DNA of 64,000 bases, taken from the NCBI GenBank assembly GCA_034666125.1, contig JAXDML010000007.1, positions 5,270-69,269 on the forward strand, written 5' to 3'. Source of the stretch: Candidatus Parcubacteria bacterium (lineage in GTDB: Bacteria; Patescibacteriota; Minisyncoccia; Phycocordibacterales; Phycocordibacteraceae). Shown here piece by piece: positions 9,646 to 18,497 of this stretch; position 1 is the stretch's first letter; each line of letters starts with the position of its first letter. Both the position numbers and the translations under genes were made by a program. The notes below the pieces were generated by a model. That model made no database searches. It had not been told where the DNA came from and saw nothing but the letters and a program-made list of their open reading frames with translations.

Positions 9646-11170
9646 CTATCACCGTTACGCCGTTCCTTCTGCGAAGAGTCCAGGCGGCAAGCGCACATCC
9701 GAGAACTCCGACAGAAGCCGCCGCACAGGGTACAGTGCGGTCGGGTCCGAGACCGGCGTTCGGCAAGCCCGGAACGCCATTGACGCTGACTGGAGCATCC
9801 GTCGCGGCTGGAGAGCTCGAGGTTTCGGTGCCGCTTGCTACGGGTTCAGAACGTCTTCGGTTGCTGCTTCCTCCGTTGCCGCCTCCGCTGCTGCTTCCCC
9901 CGCTGACTGTCGCATCGACATCGTCGTTTGTGATCGTGCATTCCAGGTTGTCACCATCGGCAAGCGTAATAGTGCCGTCGGTGGCACAGTCCCCTCCCCA
10001 GTCGCCTGCGTCATAATCGGCATTACCTGTTTCGCTCATGGTGTACGTTCCGGGGCTTAGGGTGGTTGTCGCGATACCGCTTACCGTCGGGAACGCATCG
10101 ATGAATAAGGGGAAATCTGAGACGAGCAGTGCGCCTCCGTCGTCGTTCACCACGGTCTTGGTAACGGTGAGCGCTGCGCTCGGCGGTGGCGAGCCGGCGA
10201 TGTCGTCATTCGTGATCGTACACTCGACGTCATCGCCGTCGGCAAGCGTGATGCTTCCGTCGGCAGCGCAGTCTCCGCCCCACACGCTTGCCGCGTATCC
10301 CGCGTCATCCGTTTCGCTCACAGTGTACGTTCCGGGAGCTAGCGTCGTTGTCGCCACCCCGCTCGTTACGGATGACGCTCCGATAAAAAGCGGAAAATCA
10401 GAGATCTCCATCGTGCCTCCGTCGTCGTTCACCACACTTTTGGTGACCGTGAGCGTCGCGCTGGGAGCCGCGCATGACGGGACCGTGATCGTGTCTATCG
10501 CAGTCGTGACCGTGCCGCCGAAACCGAGCGCCCTTCCGACCCACGTTACGGTCGAACCGACAGTGATCGCGGCGGCATCGATCACGGTTCCCCTGAATGT
10601 CGAGTTAGCGCCGAGCGTCGTGGCGCCTGTCGGCGTCCACCATATGTCGCATTCGGACGCTCCGGGCCCGAGAGTGACGACGGACGCCGCCACACTATCG
10701 AGTGCGCCGGTCATCCTGAAGATATAGGTTCCTGCGCCAGTAAGGGTGATACCGCCCGTTCCCACCGAGGCCGCGCCCGTTATGCAGTAGACTCCGGGTC
10801 CGTAGGTGGCCGTCGGGAATTGTGCGTTTGCGGCAAGGTCGACCGCACCCGCCGGAAACGTGAAGGTACAGAGCTCGCTATTCAAGGCCGCAAGGGCCGC
10901 GGCTTGGTCGACGCCTGCCTGGGCATGCGTGGGGCCAGGCGTATAGGTCGTACCGTTAACAGTGGGTGCCATTGCCGGTCCGGTGGTATAGCCGAGGTCT
11001 CCATTGATGGTCGTCCCCGGTACCGTATTCGTGTAGGTGCTGGAGAGAATGCCGAACGTGTCGGCCAGTCCAAGCGAAGGTGAGGTCGCGCCGTGCGCAA
11101 CGTTTCCCACCAGCAGGAGCGCGAGCGAAAGTGTCACTGACACCGCACGGATCCTGTTGTGTTTATTCAA
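9635..11170 (-). CDS. sortase-anchored surface protein: DUF3494/ice-binding-like N-domain plus two tandem ~95-aa repeats plus LPNAG sorting signal
   Basis: Signal peptide NKHNRIRAVSVTLSLALLLVGNVAHG. The TTG start at 11168-11170 is a guess; the track ORF extends to 11290. Two near-identical repeats (TVTKxVVNDDGG...CTITNDD). The C-terminus has LPNAG, a hydrophobic stretch and RRRNG. Confidence 0.7.
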   Translation of the reverse strand: MNKHNRIRAVSVTLSLALLLVGNVAHGATSPSLGLADTFGILSSTYTNTVPGTTINGDLGYTTGPAMAPTVNGTTYTPGPTHAQAGVDQAAALAALNSELCTFTFPAGAVDLAANAQFPTATYGPGVYCITGAASVGTGGITLTGAGTYIFRMTGALDSVAASVVTLGPGASECDIWWTPTGATTLGANSTFRGTVIDAAAITVGSTVTWVGRALGFGGTVTTAIDTITVPSCAAPSATLTVTKSVVNDDGGTMEISDFPLFIGASSVTSGVATTTLAPGTYTVSETDDAGYAASVWGGDCAADGSITLADGDDVECTITNDDIAGSPPPSAALTVTKTVVNDDGGALLVSDFPLFIDAFPTVSGIATTTLSPGTYTMSETGNADYDAGDWGGDCATDGTITLADGDNLECTITNDDVDATVSGGSSSGGGNGGSSNRRRSEPVASGTETSSSPAATDAPVSVNGVPGLPNAGLGPDRTVPCAAASVGVLGCALAAWTLRRRNGVTVIDAV

Positions 11171-11334
11171 AATGTATTTATTTAGGGAGACGGCTCTCGT
11201 AATGAGCTCTTGCCTTAAGTGTACCCTTTTATTTCCGTATCCGCGTCTTCTCTGTCCCCCTTTTCGGGACTGGAATGTGAAGCCGCCCATATAGGCGGTT
11301 TCGCGAGTGGCACGCCCTCATAGACGCTGTGGAA

Positions 11335-13173
11335 CTAAGACTTGCCAGGACGTGCCTGCTTGTCCGCATGTGCCTGCCGCCGAACCCACTCCCCGTACGT
11401 AGCCGCCATATCTTCGAAGCTTTTCCTGTTGTCCGCTATCGTTTTCTTTCCGTGGACCATGCTGATGCTCACGTTCAGGCGTACCGGTCTGGCGTAGGAA
11501 CGGACCGAAGCAAGCCGTTCGGCCTTCTTCCTGTCGGCAGCGATGGCCCGGTCGACGGGCATCGTCATCTCATCGAGAAGTGCTTTCGGGGACGGGTTCT
11601 TGCCAGTGGCCCTTCTTACGGATTCTTTATACGCATACCGGGCGCCGGGCTTCCACGCCTTCGTCATCTCCTTGCCGACGTGCGGGTTATCCACGATGTA
11701 TCCGTACTCCTTCCGGAAATACGCGCGCCATTGCGACAAGGCGATCTCAGCGAGGCCATAGCCGTGATAGGAAGCCGAACTCTCCCATGTATAGATATGG
11801 GGAACGTTGAGCGCGTACAGCGAATCCTCCGAGTGATCGAAATGTTTTTGATACGCCTTCCGGGCGATGGCCATCGCCTTCTTCGGCGTCAGATCCCGGG
11901 CTTCATAGATCTCCCGCTCGAAGTCCGAAACGAAAAGTATCGAATGCATGCGGGCCGCACGGAGCGGCGCGAGCTTTCGCATCTTGCGCTCGTGCAGTTC
12001 GAAGGGATAGGGCCTGCCGTCCTTGTCCTTCGCGTAGCGCGTTTTCCATTCGATACTCGCGAACAGCGTATCGAGGAACATGCTCTGCGTTTCGGCCCAA
12101 GACATGGGCATGGGCGCGAATTCCTGATTAAGGATGACCTCGCGCTCTTCCGCGTTCAGGAGATGGGCGGCGTGTCCTCCTTCATGGAAGAGCGTGTTGT
12201 GCCCCTGGATGCCCGACCCTACCTGGCCGGCAACCGCGTTGCAGGTGAAGTTCGCCGTTCCGGCCTTACGCTTCCCTTTCTCGTAGTGAACGATATCGGG
12301 CCAGTGGCAGAAGCCGTTATTCCACTTTCCTTTGCGGTCCATGAGATCGAGCTTCAGTCGGCCTTTCTTATAGTCGATGCCCAGGGCGGCGAACGATCTG
12401 CCCCAGCGCATGAGCGCGTCATCGAACTGGAAGTACGGATCCTCTTCCTTGGTAAAATCCCCCGCCATCAGGTAATGGAAGTTCCACGGCTTCCGGAGCC
12501 CCGGAGTCTTCTTCTCAAGCTTCCGGATCTCTTTAAAGACGAATTTCGTCTTGTCGTAGATGGAATCGAAGAGCGAGAACAGCTCCTTTTTGGTCATGCC
12601 GTCCTCCCGCTCGACCTTGAACGCATAAAAGTCCTCGTGTCCCATGTTCCGCGCGTACTCGTTCCGGAGACGTACCATCTCGACATACTCGACGAGAAAA
12701 TCCTGCGCGAGCTTTTCGCATGCCGTGAAGCACGCCTTGCGGACCTTCTCGTCGTCATGCGTACTTCTCGTCGTCCGCATCCTGAGATACGAGGCTTCCA
12801 CGAACCTCTTCTTATACGGGTCTACGTATCCCTCCTTTCGAGTTCCCCGCTTCTTGAGGATGTCGGATTCGAGGCCGTCGATCCTGCCTTTTAACTCGAG
12901 TACCTCCGGAGGTGATTGATAGAGCTCGAAAAAGCGCACCCAGATCCCAATGCGTTCTCTACTCGCCTTATCTGCCGTACTGAGCAGGGCCTTCGCCTTC
13001 CCATGCAGCCCGCCGTCGCTCCGGAACGCATCCCGTGCGGCAAGCGCCTTGTCCTTGCGCGCATCGACGGAATGATCGCCCATATACGAGATCCAGAACA
13101 GGTCCTCGTACGCCTTGTGGAGCTTCAGGTATTTCTTATTGAGCTTGTCTAAGAATGCCTGCGCCGATGTCAT
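11335..13173 (-). CDS. M3-family-like zinc metallopeptidase (oligoendopeptidase-like)
   Basis: 612 aa with the HExxH motif HEGGHAAH and a downstream Glu. Size is consistent with M3/M32 peptidases. Confidence 0.6.
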   Translation of the reverse strand: MTSAQAFLDKLNKKYLKLHKAYEDLFWISYMGDHSVDARKDKALAARDAFRSDGGLHGKAKALLSTADKASRERIGIWVRFFELYQSPPEVLELKGRIDGLESDILKKRGTRKEGYVDPYKKRFVEASYLRMRTTRSTHDDEKVRKACFTACEKLAQDFLVEYVEMVRLRNEYARNMGHEDFYAFKVEREDGMTKKELFSLFDSIYDKTKFVFKEIRKLEKKTPGLRKPWNFHYLMAGDFTKEEDPYFQFDDALMRWGRSFAALGIDYKKGRLKLDLMDRKGKWNNGFCHWPDIVHYEKGKRKAGTANFTCNAVAGQVGSGIQGHNTLFHEGGHAAHLLNAEEREVILNQEFAPMPMSWAETQSMFLDTLFASIEWKTRYAKDKDGRPYPFELHERKMRKLAPLRAARMHSILFVSDFEREIYEARDLTPKKAMAIARKAYQKHFDHSEDSLYALNVPHIYTWESSASYHGYGLAEIALSQWRAYFRKEYGYIVDNPHVGKEMTKAWKPGARYAYKESVRRATGKNPSPKALLDEMTMPVDRAIAADRKKAERLASVRSYARPVRLNVSISMVHGKKTIADNRKSFEDMAATYGEWVRRQAHADKQARPGKS

Positions 13174-13269
13174 CGAGGAGAGTATACCCCAGCTCAGATA
13201 TGCTTGGACCGGAACACAGGACCGCCCGGGTGGGCGGTCCTGTGTAGTTGCGCGGGCTCGGAGCCAAGA

Positions 13270-13803
13270 TTAAGGATTGGACCAACAGCCTGGGTTGCTC
13301 CATGGCGTGGTGGCAACGCTCGCTGACCCGCTACTGCCCATGCAGTAATACTGCTGAATGCCAGGGAGCCACGCCATAACGGTGAAGTGATTATTGGTAT
13401 TGAGAGGCGCTTGCGCGTAATTTATATATAAGCATTGGGTGGCACCTAGCCCGCAATTCGATTCATTCCTTAAAAGCGCTGCACATATATCCCGCTGTTG
13501 GGTTGCATACGTTCCTGTCGGGGGAATTACAGGAGACGTGCACTCGGAAACGGTTCCATACCAACTGCTTGCATTTCCTGAGCTAAAAAGCGGCCCGTAG
13601 CTGCCGGTATCGGCATATTGCGATTGAAACAAATTTACCAGTTCTCTCATCTCCAATTTGATCGCCGCATCTCTTCCCTTATTACGGGCCGTATTCAGCG
13701 ATGCGAGGACTATAGATGACAGCAGGCCTATTATGGAGATCACCACGAGAAGCTCAATGAGAGTGAACGCTCGTTTTGATTTTTCACGAGAAAGGGCGCT
13801 CAT
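13270..13803 (-). CDS. type IV pilin-like protein (class III signal, KRA|FTLIELLVV)
   Basis: Prepilin N-terminal methylation-domain motif with Glu at +5. The C-terminal domain has 4 Cys. Confidence 0.75.
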   Translation of the reverse strand: MSALSREKSKRAFTLIELLVVISIIGLLSSIVLASLNTARNKGRDAAIKLEMRELVNLFQSQYADTGSYGPLFSSGNASSWYGTVSECTSPVIPPTGTYATQQRDICAALLRNESNCGLGATQCLYINYAQAPLNTNNHFTVMAWLPGIQQYYCMGSSGSASVATTPWSNPGCWSNP

Positions 13804-14081
13804 GGCTTGGGTATGGGCATCAATGTACCACTGGCAGAGGGAATGCCTGGCATATAGGGGGGTGGGGCTGAACGATTCATTCCGAAGAGAACGTAGATAC
13901 CGATTGCGAGAACGATGGCAATGACCGCAACCACCACAAGTACCCGCTCACCCTGCTTCGCCGTCTGTACGGTCTTATTTTTTACAAGCCACGCCAATAT
14001 GCCCTTGGGAGCGCCCTGTACGATACGAATGTTGCCGACCGTATTCGGGTTTTCCTCAAGAAAAACCACCTCGTTACTCAT
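13800..14081 (-). CDS. small membrane protein, hypothetical
   Basis: 93-aa ORF with one TM, overlapping the pilin start by 4 nt. Confidence 0.4.
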   Translation of the reverse strand: MSNEVVFLEENPNTVGNIRIVQGAPKGILAWLVKNKTVQTAKQGERVLVVVAVIAIVLAIGIYVLFGMNRSAPPPYMPGIPSASGTLMPIPKP

Positions 14082-14168
14082 CGTACAAGTATAGCAAGCC
14101 TACTGAGCGCACTGGATTCCACGGTATACGAAGAACAAGAGTCCCTGAGGGACTCTTGTTCTTCTAGG

Positions 14169-14242
14169 CGCGGTCGACGAGACTTGAACTCGCAACCTCC
14201 CGCGTGACAGGCGGGTGCTCTAACCAGTTGAGCTACGACCGC
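14169..14242 (-). tRNA. tRNA-Asp (GUC), no encoded CCA
   Basis: Reverse complement gcggtcgtagctcaactggttagagcacccgcctgtcacgcgggaggttgcgagttcaagtctcgtcgaccgc-g. The anticodon loop is CT-GTC-AC. Confidence 0.85.
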
Positions 14243-14293
14243 AAACTTGGTTAACCTCAGGAATATACCGTTCCTGAGCCTTATATACAAGGG

Positions 14294-14367
14294 TGTCGGG
14301 GGTGGGGAATGATCCCACGACCTTAGCGTTATGAGTGCTACGCTCTAACCAACTGAGCTACCCCGAC
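14294..14367 (-). tRNA. tRNA-Met elongator type (CAU; could alternatively be a lysidine-type tRNA-Ile2), no CCA
   Basis: Reverse complement gtcggggtagctcagttggttagagcgtagcactcataacgctaaggtcgtgggatcattccccacccccgac-a. G1-C72 is paired, so this is not an initiator. There is an A31·C39 mismatch and an unusual T-loop ATCATTC. Confidence 0.7.
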
Positions 14368-14405
14368 AATATCGATACCTTACTACGCACCCCCTGCGAA
14401 TTCAA

Positions 14406-16058
14406 TTAGCTTATCGGCAGCTCCACGATGAAGCGCGAGCCCTGGTCCTTCCCGTCCGACTCGGCCCACACCTTCCCCTGATGCGCTTCGATGATGTTTT
14501 TCACGATGTAGAGCCCGAAGCCGGTCGACTCGACGTTCACCTTCTGCGACTCCTTGCCGTGGCCGCCCTCGGTGAAGAGGAGCCGCATGTCCTCCGGAGT
14601 GATGCCAACGCCCGTGTCTTTGATAAGCAACCGCACCTTCTCTTCTCCGCGCTCGAGCGACACCTCCACGCTTCCCTTCGGCGTGTACTTGATCGAGTTG
14701 TCGATGAGGTTCTTGAAGGCGTTCGTGAGCTGCATGCGGTCGCCCTGGATGGTGAAGTCGCCGTCGCCGCCTTTCATAGTGAGCGCCAGGCCCTTGGTGT
14801 CCGCGCCCGGCTTCAGGTCGGCAACGATGCTTCCGACCAGCTCCTTGAGGTCAAGCGGCGACTTCGCGTACGTCACCTTGCCGCTCTTGATGTTCGCGGC
14901 GTTCAGGATCTCCTGGATGGTGTTCACTCCCTTGGTGTCCGAACGGAGGCCTTCCTCGACCATCGGCTTCATCGTATCCGGGAGCGAGCCGAAGTCGCCT
15001 TCGAGGAGCATCGAGAAGACGTTGCGCGACTTGGTCACGAAGCCCTTCAGCTGATGCGTGATGAAGTGGATGAGGATGATCTGCTGCTGGTTGGCGGTCT
15101 CGAGGTCCTTGGCAAGCACCTCCACACGCTCACGCTGTTGAATTTCCCTATACACGCTCCGGACAAGCAAGACTCCAAGTATCAGCACGAAGATCAGGGT
15201 GATCGACACGACCACTCGTATGTTCTCGACGGAGCGTATGAAAAGCAGCGCGAGGACGAGTATCCACAAAGCCGCGACAAGCGCCTGGGCCCCGATAAGC
15301 TTCGCATTGAATGCTCTAAAACGGACTATGAGGTAGGCCAGGAACGCCGTGAAGATCGGGGCCCCGAAGAGGCCGTACTGGCCGATATACCAGTTTTCCG
15401 TAAAGACCTCGAGGATATTCCCCAGGGAGAAGCTGAGGAGAAAGGCCGTGATGCCGATCGTAAGGAGCGCGATCATGGTCCTCTCGCCCGGCTTGCGGGC
15501 CTTGATAAAGGCTAGCGCGGCGAAGAGCAGGATGGATACCGCATACAGGATCTCGATGATGTACCCGTAGGTCGTCGCGATGCCTTCGTACGCGTTACGA
15601 TCGCAATTGGAAAGATCGTAGCCCAGTAGCGCGAAGCGGGTCGGAGCGAGCACCATAACGGGGATGAGCGGGATCGCGAAGAACACTTTCTGCCATACCG
15701 AAAGGTCCTTCTTATATATGAAGGCGTAGAAGAAGTAGAAAGCGAAGAAATATACCAGCGGCTCGACCAGGACCAGTATCGTCCAGAAGAACATCGTGTA
15801 CGCGGGCGTCTCGGTCGCCCAGGTGACCATGGCACCGAAGACCCATGCCGCAAAGGAAAGCGCCGTGAGGAGTATGAGCTGGTTGGGGAGCCTCTTCGGA
15901 CCTTTTGAGAATATGAAAAGCGCGATAAGCAGGGTCGGGATGACCGATCCGAGATAGCTGTAATAGAGAAGCGGAGAAAAGACGTTATCGGAAATGACCA
16001 GGAACTGGGAAGGAGCCCACTCGCAGCTCTGGATCAACTCGGCTATGACGGGGCTCAT
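14406..16058 (-). CDS. sensor histidine kinase with large N-terminal multi-TM domain
   Basis: About 8 TM helices, then an H-box region (HFITHQLKG) and HATPase_c (NLIDNSIKYT...DTGVGI...GFGLYIV). Confidence 0.85.
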   Translation of the reverse strand: MSPVIAELIQSCEWAPSQFLVISDNVFSPLLYYSYLGSVIPTLLIALFIFSKGPKRLPNQLILLTALSFAAWVFGAMVTWATETPAYTMFFWTILVLVEPLVYFFAFYFFYAFIYKKDLSVWQKVFFAIPLIPVMVLAPTRFALLGYDLSNCDRNAYEGIATTYGYIIEILYAVSILLFAALAFIKARKPGERTMIALLTIGITAFLLSFSLGNILEVFTENWYIGQYGLFGAPIFTAFLAYLIVRFRAFNAKLIGAQALVAALWILVLALLFIRSVENIRVVVSITLIFVLILGVLLVRSVYREIQQRERVEVLAKDLETANQQQIILIHFITHQLKGFVTKSRNVFSMLLEGDFGSLPDTMKPMVEEGLRSDTKGVNTIQEILNAANIKSGKVTYAKSPLDLKELVGSIVADLKPGADTKGLALTMKGGDGDFTIQGDRMQLTNAFKNLIDNSIKYTPKGSVEVSLERGEEKVRLLIKDTGVGITPEDMRLLFTEGGHGKESQKVNVESTGFGLYIVKNIIEAHQGKVWAESDGKDQGSRFIVELPIS

Positions 16059-16222
16059 AGCGAATAGCTGCCCGGATCAAAACGGTCTGGGATCTCCTCC
16101 TCGGTCGTGAAATACACGAAGTCCTGCTGGTGTACGTATTTCCACCACGCTACGCCGCCCGATATGAGGATCAGGAGAAGCAGTATGGAGATATACAGGG
16201 AGCTTCCCTTGGTGGCCGCCAT
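16055..16222 (-). CDS. 55-aa membrane mini-protein (MAATKGSSLYISILLLLILISGGVAWWKYVHQQDFVYFTTEEEIPDRFDPGSYSL)
   Basis: Below the ORF-track cutoff. My translation shows its stop TGA overlapping the HK start ATG (ATGA); its ATG lies 8 nt after the SET-gene stop. Confidence 0.4.
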   Translation of the reverse strand: MAATKGSSLYISILLLLILISGGVAWWKYVHQQDFVYFTTEEEIPDRFDPGSYSL

Positions 16223-16230
16223 ACCGTTTA

Positions 16231-16626
16231 TTATACAACGTCGTAAGGGTCTTCATCGAACTCCCCGTAATTATTGGTGAGCTCCTCTCCCGCCTGGATG
16301 TCCCGTGTTGCGTGACACACCAGCGCGTCCTCCATCTCCTTCCCTGCGGGTATGTGGCAGGTCGTGTTGGCGTCGGGGTCGTGATTGAAGAAGCGCGCGT
16401 CGTCGGAGCAGAGGATGTAGCGTCCCGTATGCTTGCTGAGATACGCGTAATTGAAGAAGTCCTCCCTCGCAGGTTCCGACAGCTTCTCCACCTCTTCCTT
16501 CGTGACGGCGAGGTCGAAGCCGGGAGCGAACTCCCATACCTTCGTGCCTTCCTTGATAGGCTCCTCGGCGAATAGGCCGATCCCGTGGATGGCACTCGGC
16601 CCGAGCGTTGATTTCACCAGGATCAT
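16231..16626 (-). CDS. SET-domain protein (131 aa)
   Basis: ORF 16231..16764 started at MILVKST. SET motifs: GxG (IHGIGLFA), a pseudo-NHSCxPN (RFFNHDPDANT) and ELTNNYGEF. Confidence 0.7.
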   Translation of the reverse strand: MILVKSTLGPSAIHGIGLFAEEPIKEGTKVWEFAPGFDLAVTKEEVEKLSEPAREDFFNYAYLSKHTGRYILCSDDARFFNHDPDANTTCHIPAGKEMEDALVCHATRDIQAGEELTNNYGEFDEDPYDVV

Positions 16627-17126
16627 ATCGTTGCACCGCCGGGGCTGTCCTTCTGGTCGCGTCCCCGCAAATACAGCTTCTTGAAGTACGTAGGGACATA
16701 CGGCAGATAGGCGTTGAACTGCTCTTCCGGGATATGGTGTATGGAGGTGATGAGCTTGCGGCAATTGGCTTCACCGCAGGTACATTCCATCTCCCACAGA
16801 TTGTCGCTTTCGGTGATCGAATAGTCGATCGTGATCTCTTCCCCTTCTTTGATATCCCTGAGCGCGATCATGGTGACCTTCCCCTTTATGCCGCTATTGG
16901 GGCTGCAAGAATGGTTCAGGTACTGGTTCGGGTGATCGGGATCGATCCAGCGGTTCCTTCCGATACCTATCCAGTTCGGGTTCGAAGCGGACTGCTCCCT
17001 GTTGGTAATGGCGAGATATTTTGCGTCCCCTTTGATGTATTGAATGAGCTCTCCTTTCCTGATCGCTTCCCCGGCGGCTACGCCTTTCCCGTCTATTTCG
17101 CTCGTACGAATATAGATGTGCTTCAT
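16623..17126 (-). CDS. SET-domain protein with post-SET Cys cluster (167 aa)
   Basis: ORF 16623..17627 started at MKHIYIRTSE (ATG 17124-17126). Contains NHSCSPN, EITIDY and CTCGEANCRK. Its stop overlaps the next SET gene's ATG (ATGA). Confidence 0.75.
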   Translation of the reverse strand: MKHIYIRTSEIDGKGVAAGEAIRKGELIQYIKGDAKYLAITNREQSASNPNWIGIGRNRWIDPDHPNQYLNHSCSPNSGIKGKVTMIALRDIKEGEEITIDYSITESDNLWEMECTCGEANCRKLITSIHHIPEEQFNAYLPYVPTYFKKLYLRGRDQKDSPGGATI

Positions 17127-17233
17127 GGCTTTGTATGGAAATAATACCAGGAAAAGCCTCTTTGTCAGTGTCCCTGTTCGTATAAAAGTGAACGCCCGGA
17201 ACCGCTTTGCAGCAGTCCCGAGCGTCCGGCCAT

Positions 17234-17827
17234 TCATCCGCTTCGCGCTTTCACGATGAAGAAGATGCTCAAATGGCAAATGCCGTCGACGATCGCGTAG
17301 GGAAGCTCCTGGTAGCTTTCCAGACGAAGGAGGACGAGGCCGATGATGCAGGCATAGGCGAAGCCCCAGAGGACCCATGCCGAGCTGCGCTCGTGTTCTG
17401 GAGTCTTCCACGCGCTCTTCCACGTCGGCAGGAAGCCGATGGGAATCGCGGACAGGGCCACCAGGTGCGACCACCACGCGTCGCCGCCCGCGAGGTACGC
17501 CACGATGGCGATCAGCGACAGGGCAACGCACACGCATTCGGTGACGGTCGGCCGCTCCCACTTCGAGAACCTCCAGACGGCGATCGACAGAAGGATGCAG
17601 CAGACGGTCGACGCGTAGAACAGCCACGTCTTCATCGGATCGCTGCTCAAGGCGTCATAGGTCCACGATTCGACCGCCATCGCGATGCCCCAGATAAGCC
17701 AGGTCCACCGATTGGGCTCGACCGATCTGGAGTCGTCAGCGTCGCGCCGAAGCGCGCGGTAATAGACCAGGTAGCCGAGGATGCCGCTTATGGAAGCAGC
17801 AGCCAGAAGTAGGTATGCTGCGGGCAT
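17234..17827 (-). CDS. hypothetical polytopic membrane protein
   Basis: 197 aa with about 6 hydrophobic segments. The opposite-strand ORF 17207..17812 is low-complexity and I reject it. Confidence 0.45.
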   Translation of the reverse strand: MPAAYLLLAAASISGILGYLVYYRALRRDADDSRSVEPNRWTWLIWGIAMAVESWTYDALSSDPMKTWLFYASTVCCILLSIAVWRFSKWERPTVTECVCVALSLIAIVAYLAGGDAWWSHLVALSAIPIGFLPTWKSAWKTPEHERSSAWVLWGFAYACIIGLVLLRLESYQELPYAIVDGICHLSIFFIVKARSG

Positions 17828-17987
17828 CTAAGCCTCCCCTTGTTGTGAACGGAATGATCAGATCAGGCTTTAAGAAGCCTCGGTGATTGCTGTTTTAGAT
17901 TATAGCACAAGTACTTAAATTTTGCAAGGCCCTGCGGGGGCGTAGAAAGGGGCCCGGAGCGCGAACTCCGGGCCCCTTCTCGCCGCG

Positions 17988-18383
17988 CTACCGCCCAGGC
18001 CCGCTATGGGGACCGACCGGAACGCGGAGGACGCCGCCGAGGATCGTGCAATCCTCGCGCTTGACGCCCCTGAACGACTGCCATTGCGAGCTCAGCAGAT
18101 TGCTCGTGCTGCACGCGACGAACCCGGCCTTGAACGAGCCGTTCCGGAACGACACCAGCATTCCGGGGGCGGACGCCTCAATGCGAAGCGGGTCCGGGTC
18201 GGACCGCAGGTTGAGGACCTCGATCCGGACCCGAGGAGCGGGCAGGGTGTAGTCCACGTCCATGATCGCGGACCTGGACGCGGTGGTCGACGGTTCGGTG
18301 GGCTGCTGCGCGTTCGCGGGGCTTGAGGGAAGGATGATGGCGATCATCAGACCCGTCAGTAGCCGAATGAGGAGCTTGGGCAT
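17988..18383 (-). CDS. hypothetical small secreted protein
   Basis: 131 aa with a signal peptide MPKLLIRLLTGLMIAIILPSSPANA. Confidence 0.3.
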   Translation of the reverse strand: MPKLLIRLLTGLMIAIILPSSPANAQQPTEPSTTASRSAIMDVDYTLPAPRVRIEVLNLRSDPDPLRIEASAPGMLVSFRNGSFKAGFVACSTSNLLSSQWQSFRGVKREDCTILGGVLRVPVGPHSGPGR

Positions 18384-18497
18384 GATGTTTCATCCTTTTC
18401 TTCCGTATGGTTGCGGCGGAAAGACCTGGGTTCCCGGCGCGAGGGCCACCTGGTAGTCCTGCCTACATTAGATACCTAACCTCCCCTTTTGCAACTC

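Noticed and set aside
17207-17812. Plus-strand ORF 17207..17812 (MQQSRASGHSS...)
   Set aside because: Arg/Asp low-complexity. The opposite strand encodes a plausible 6-TM membrane protein, which I preferred.
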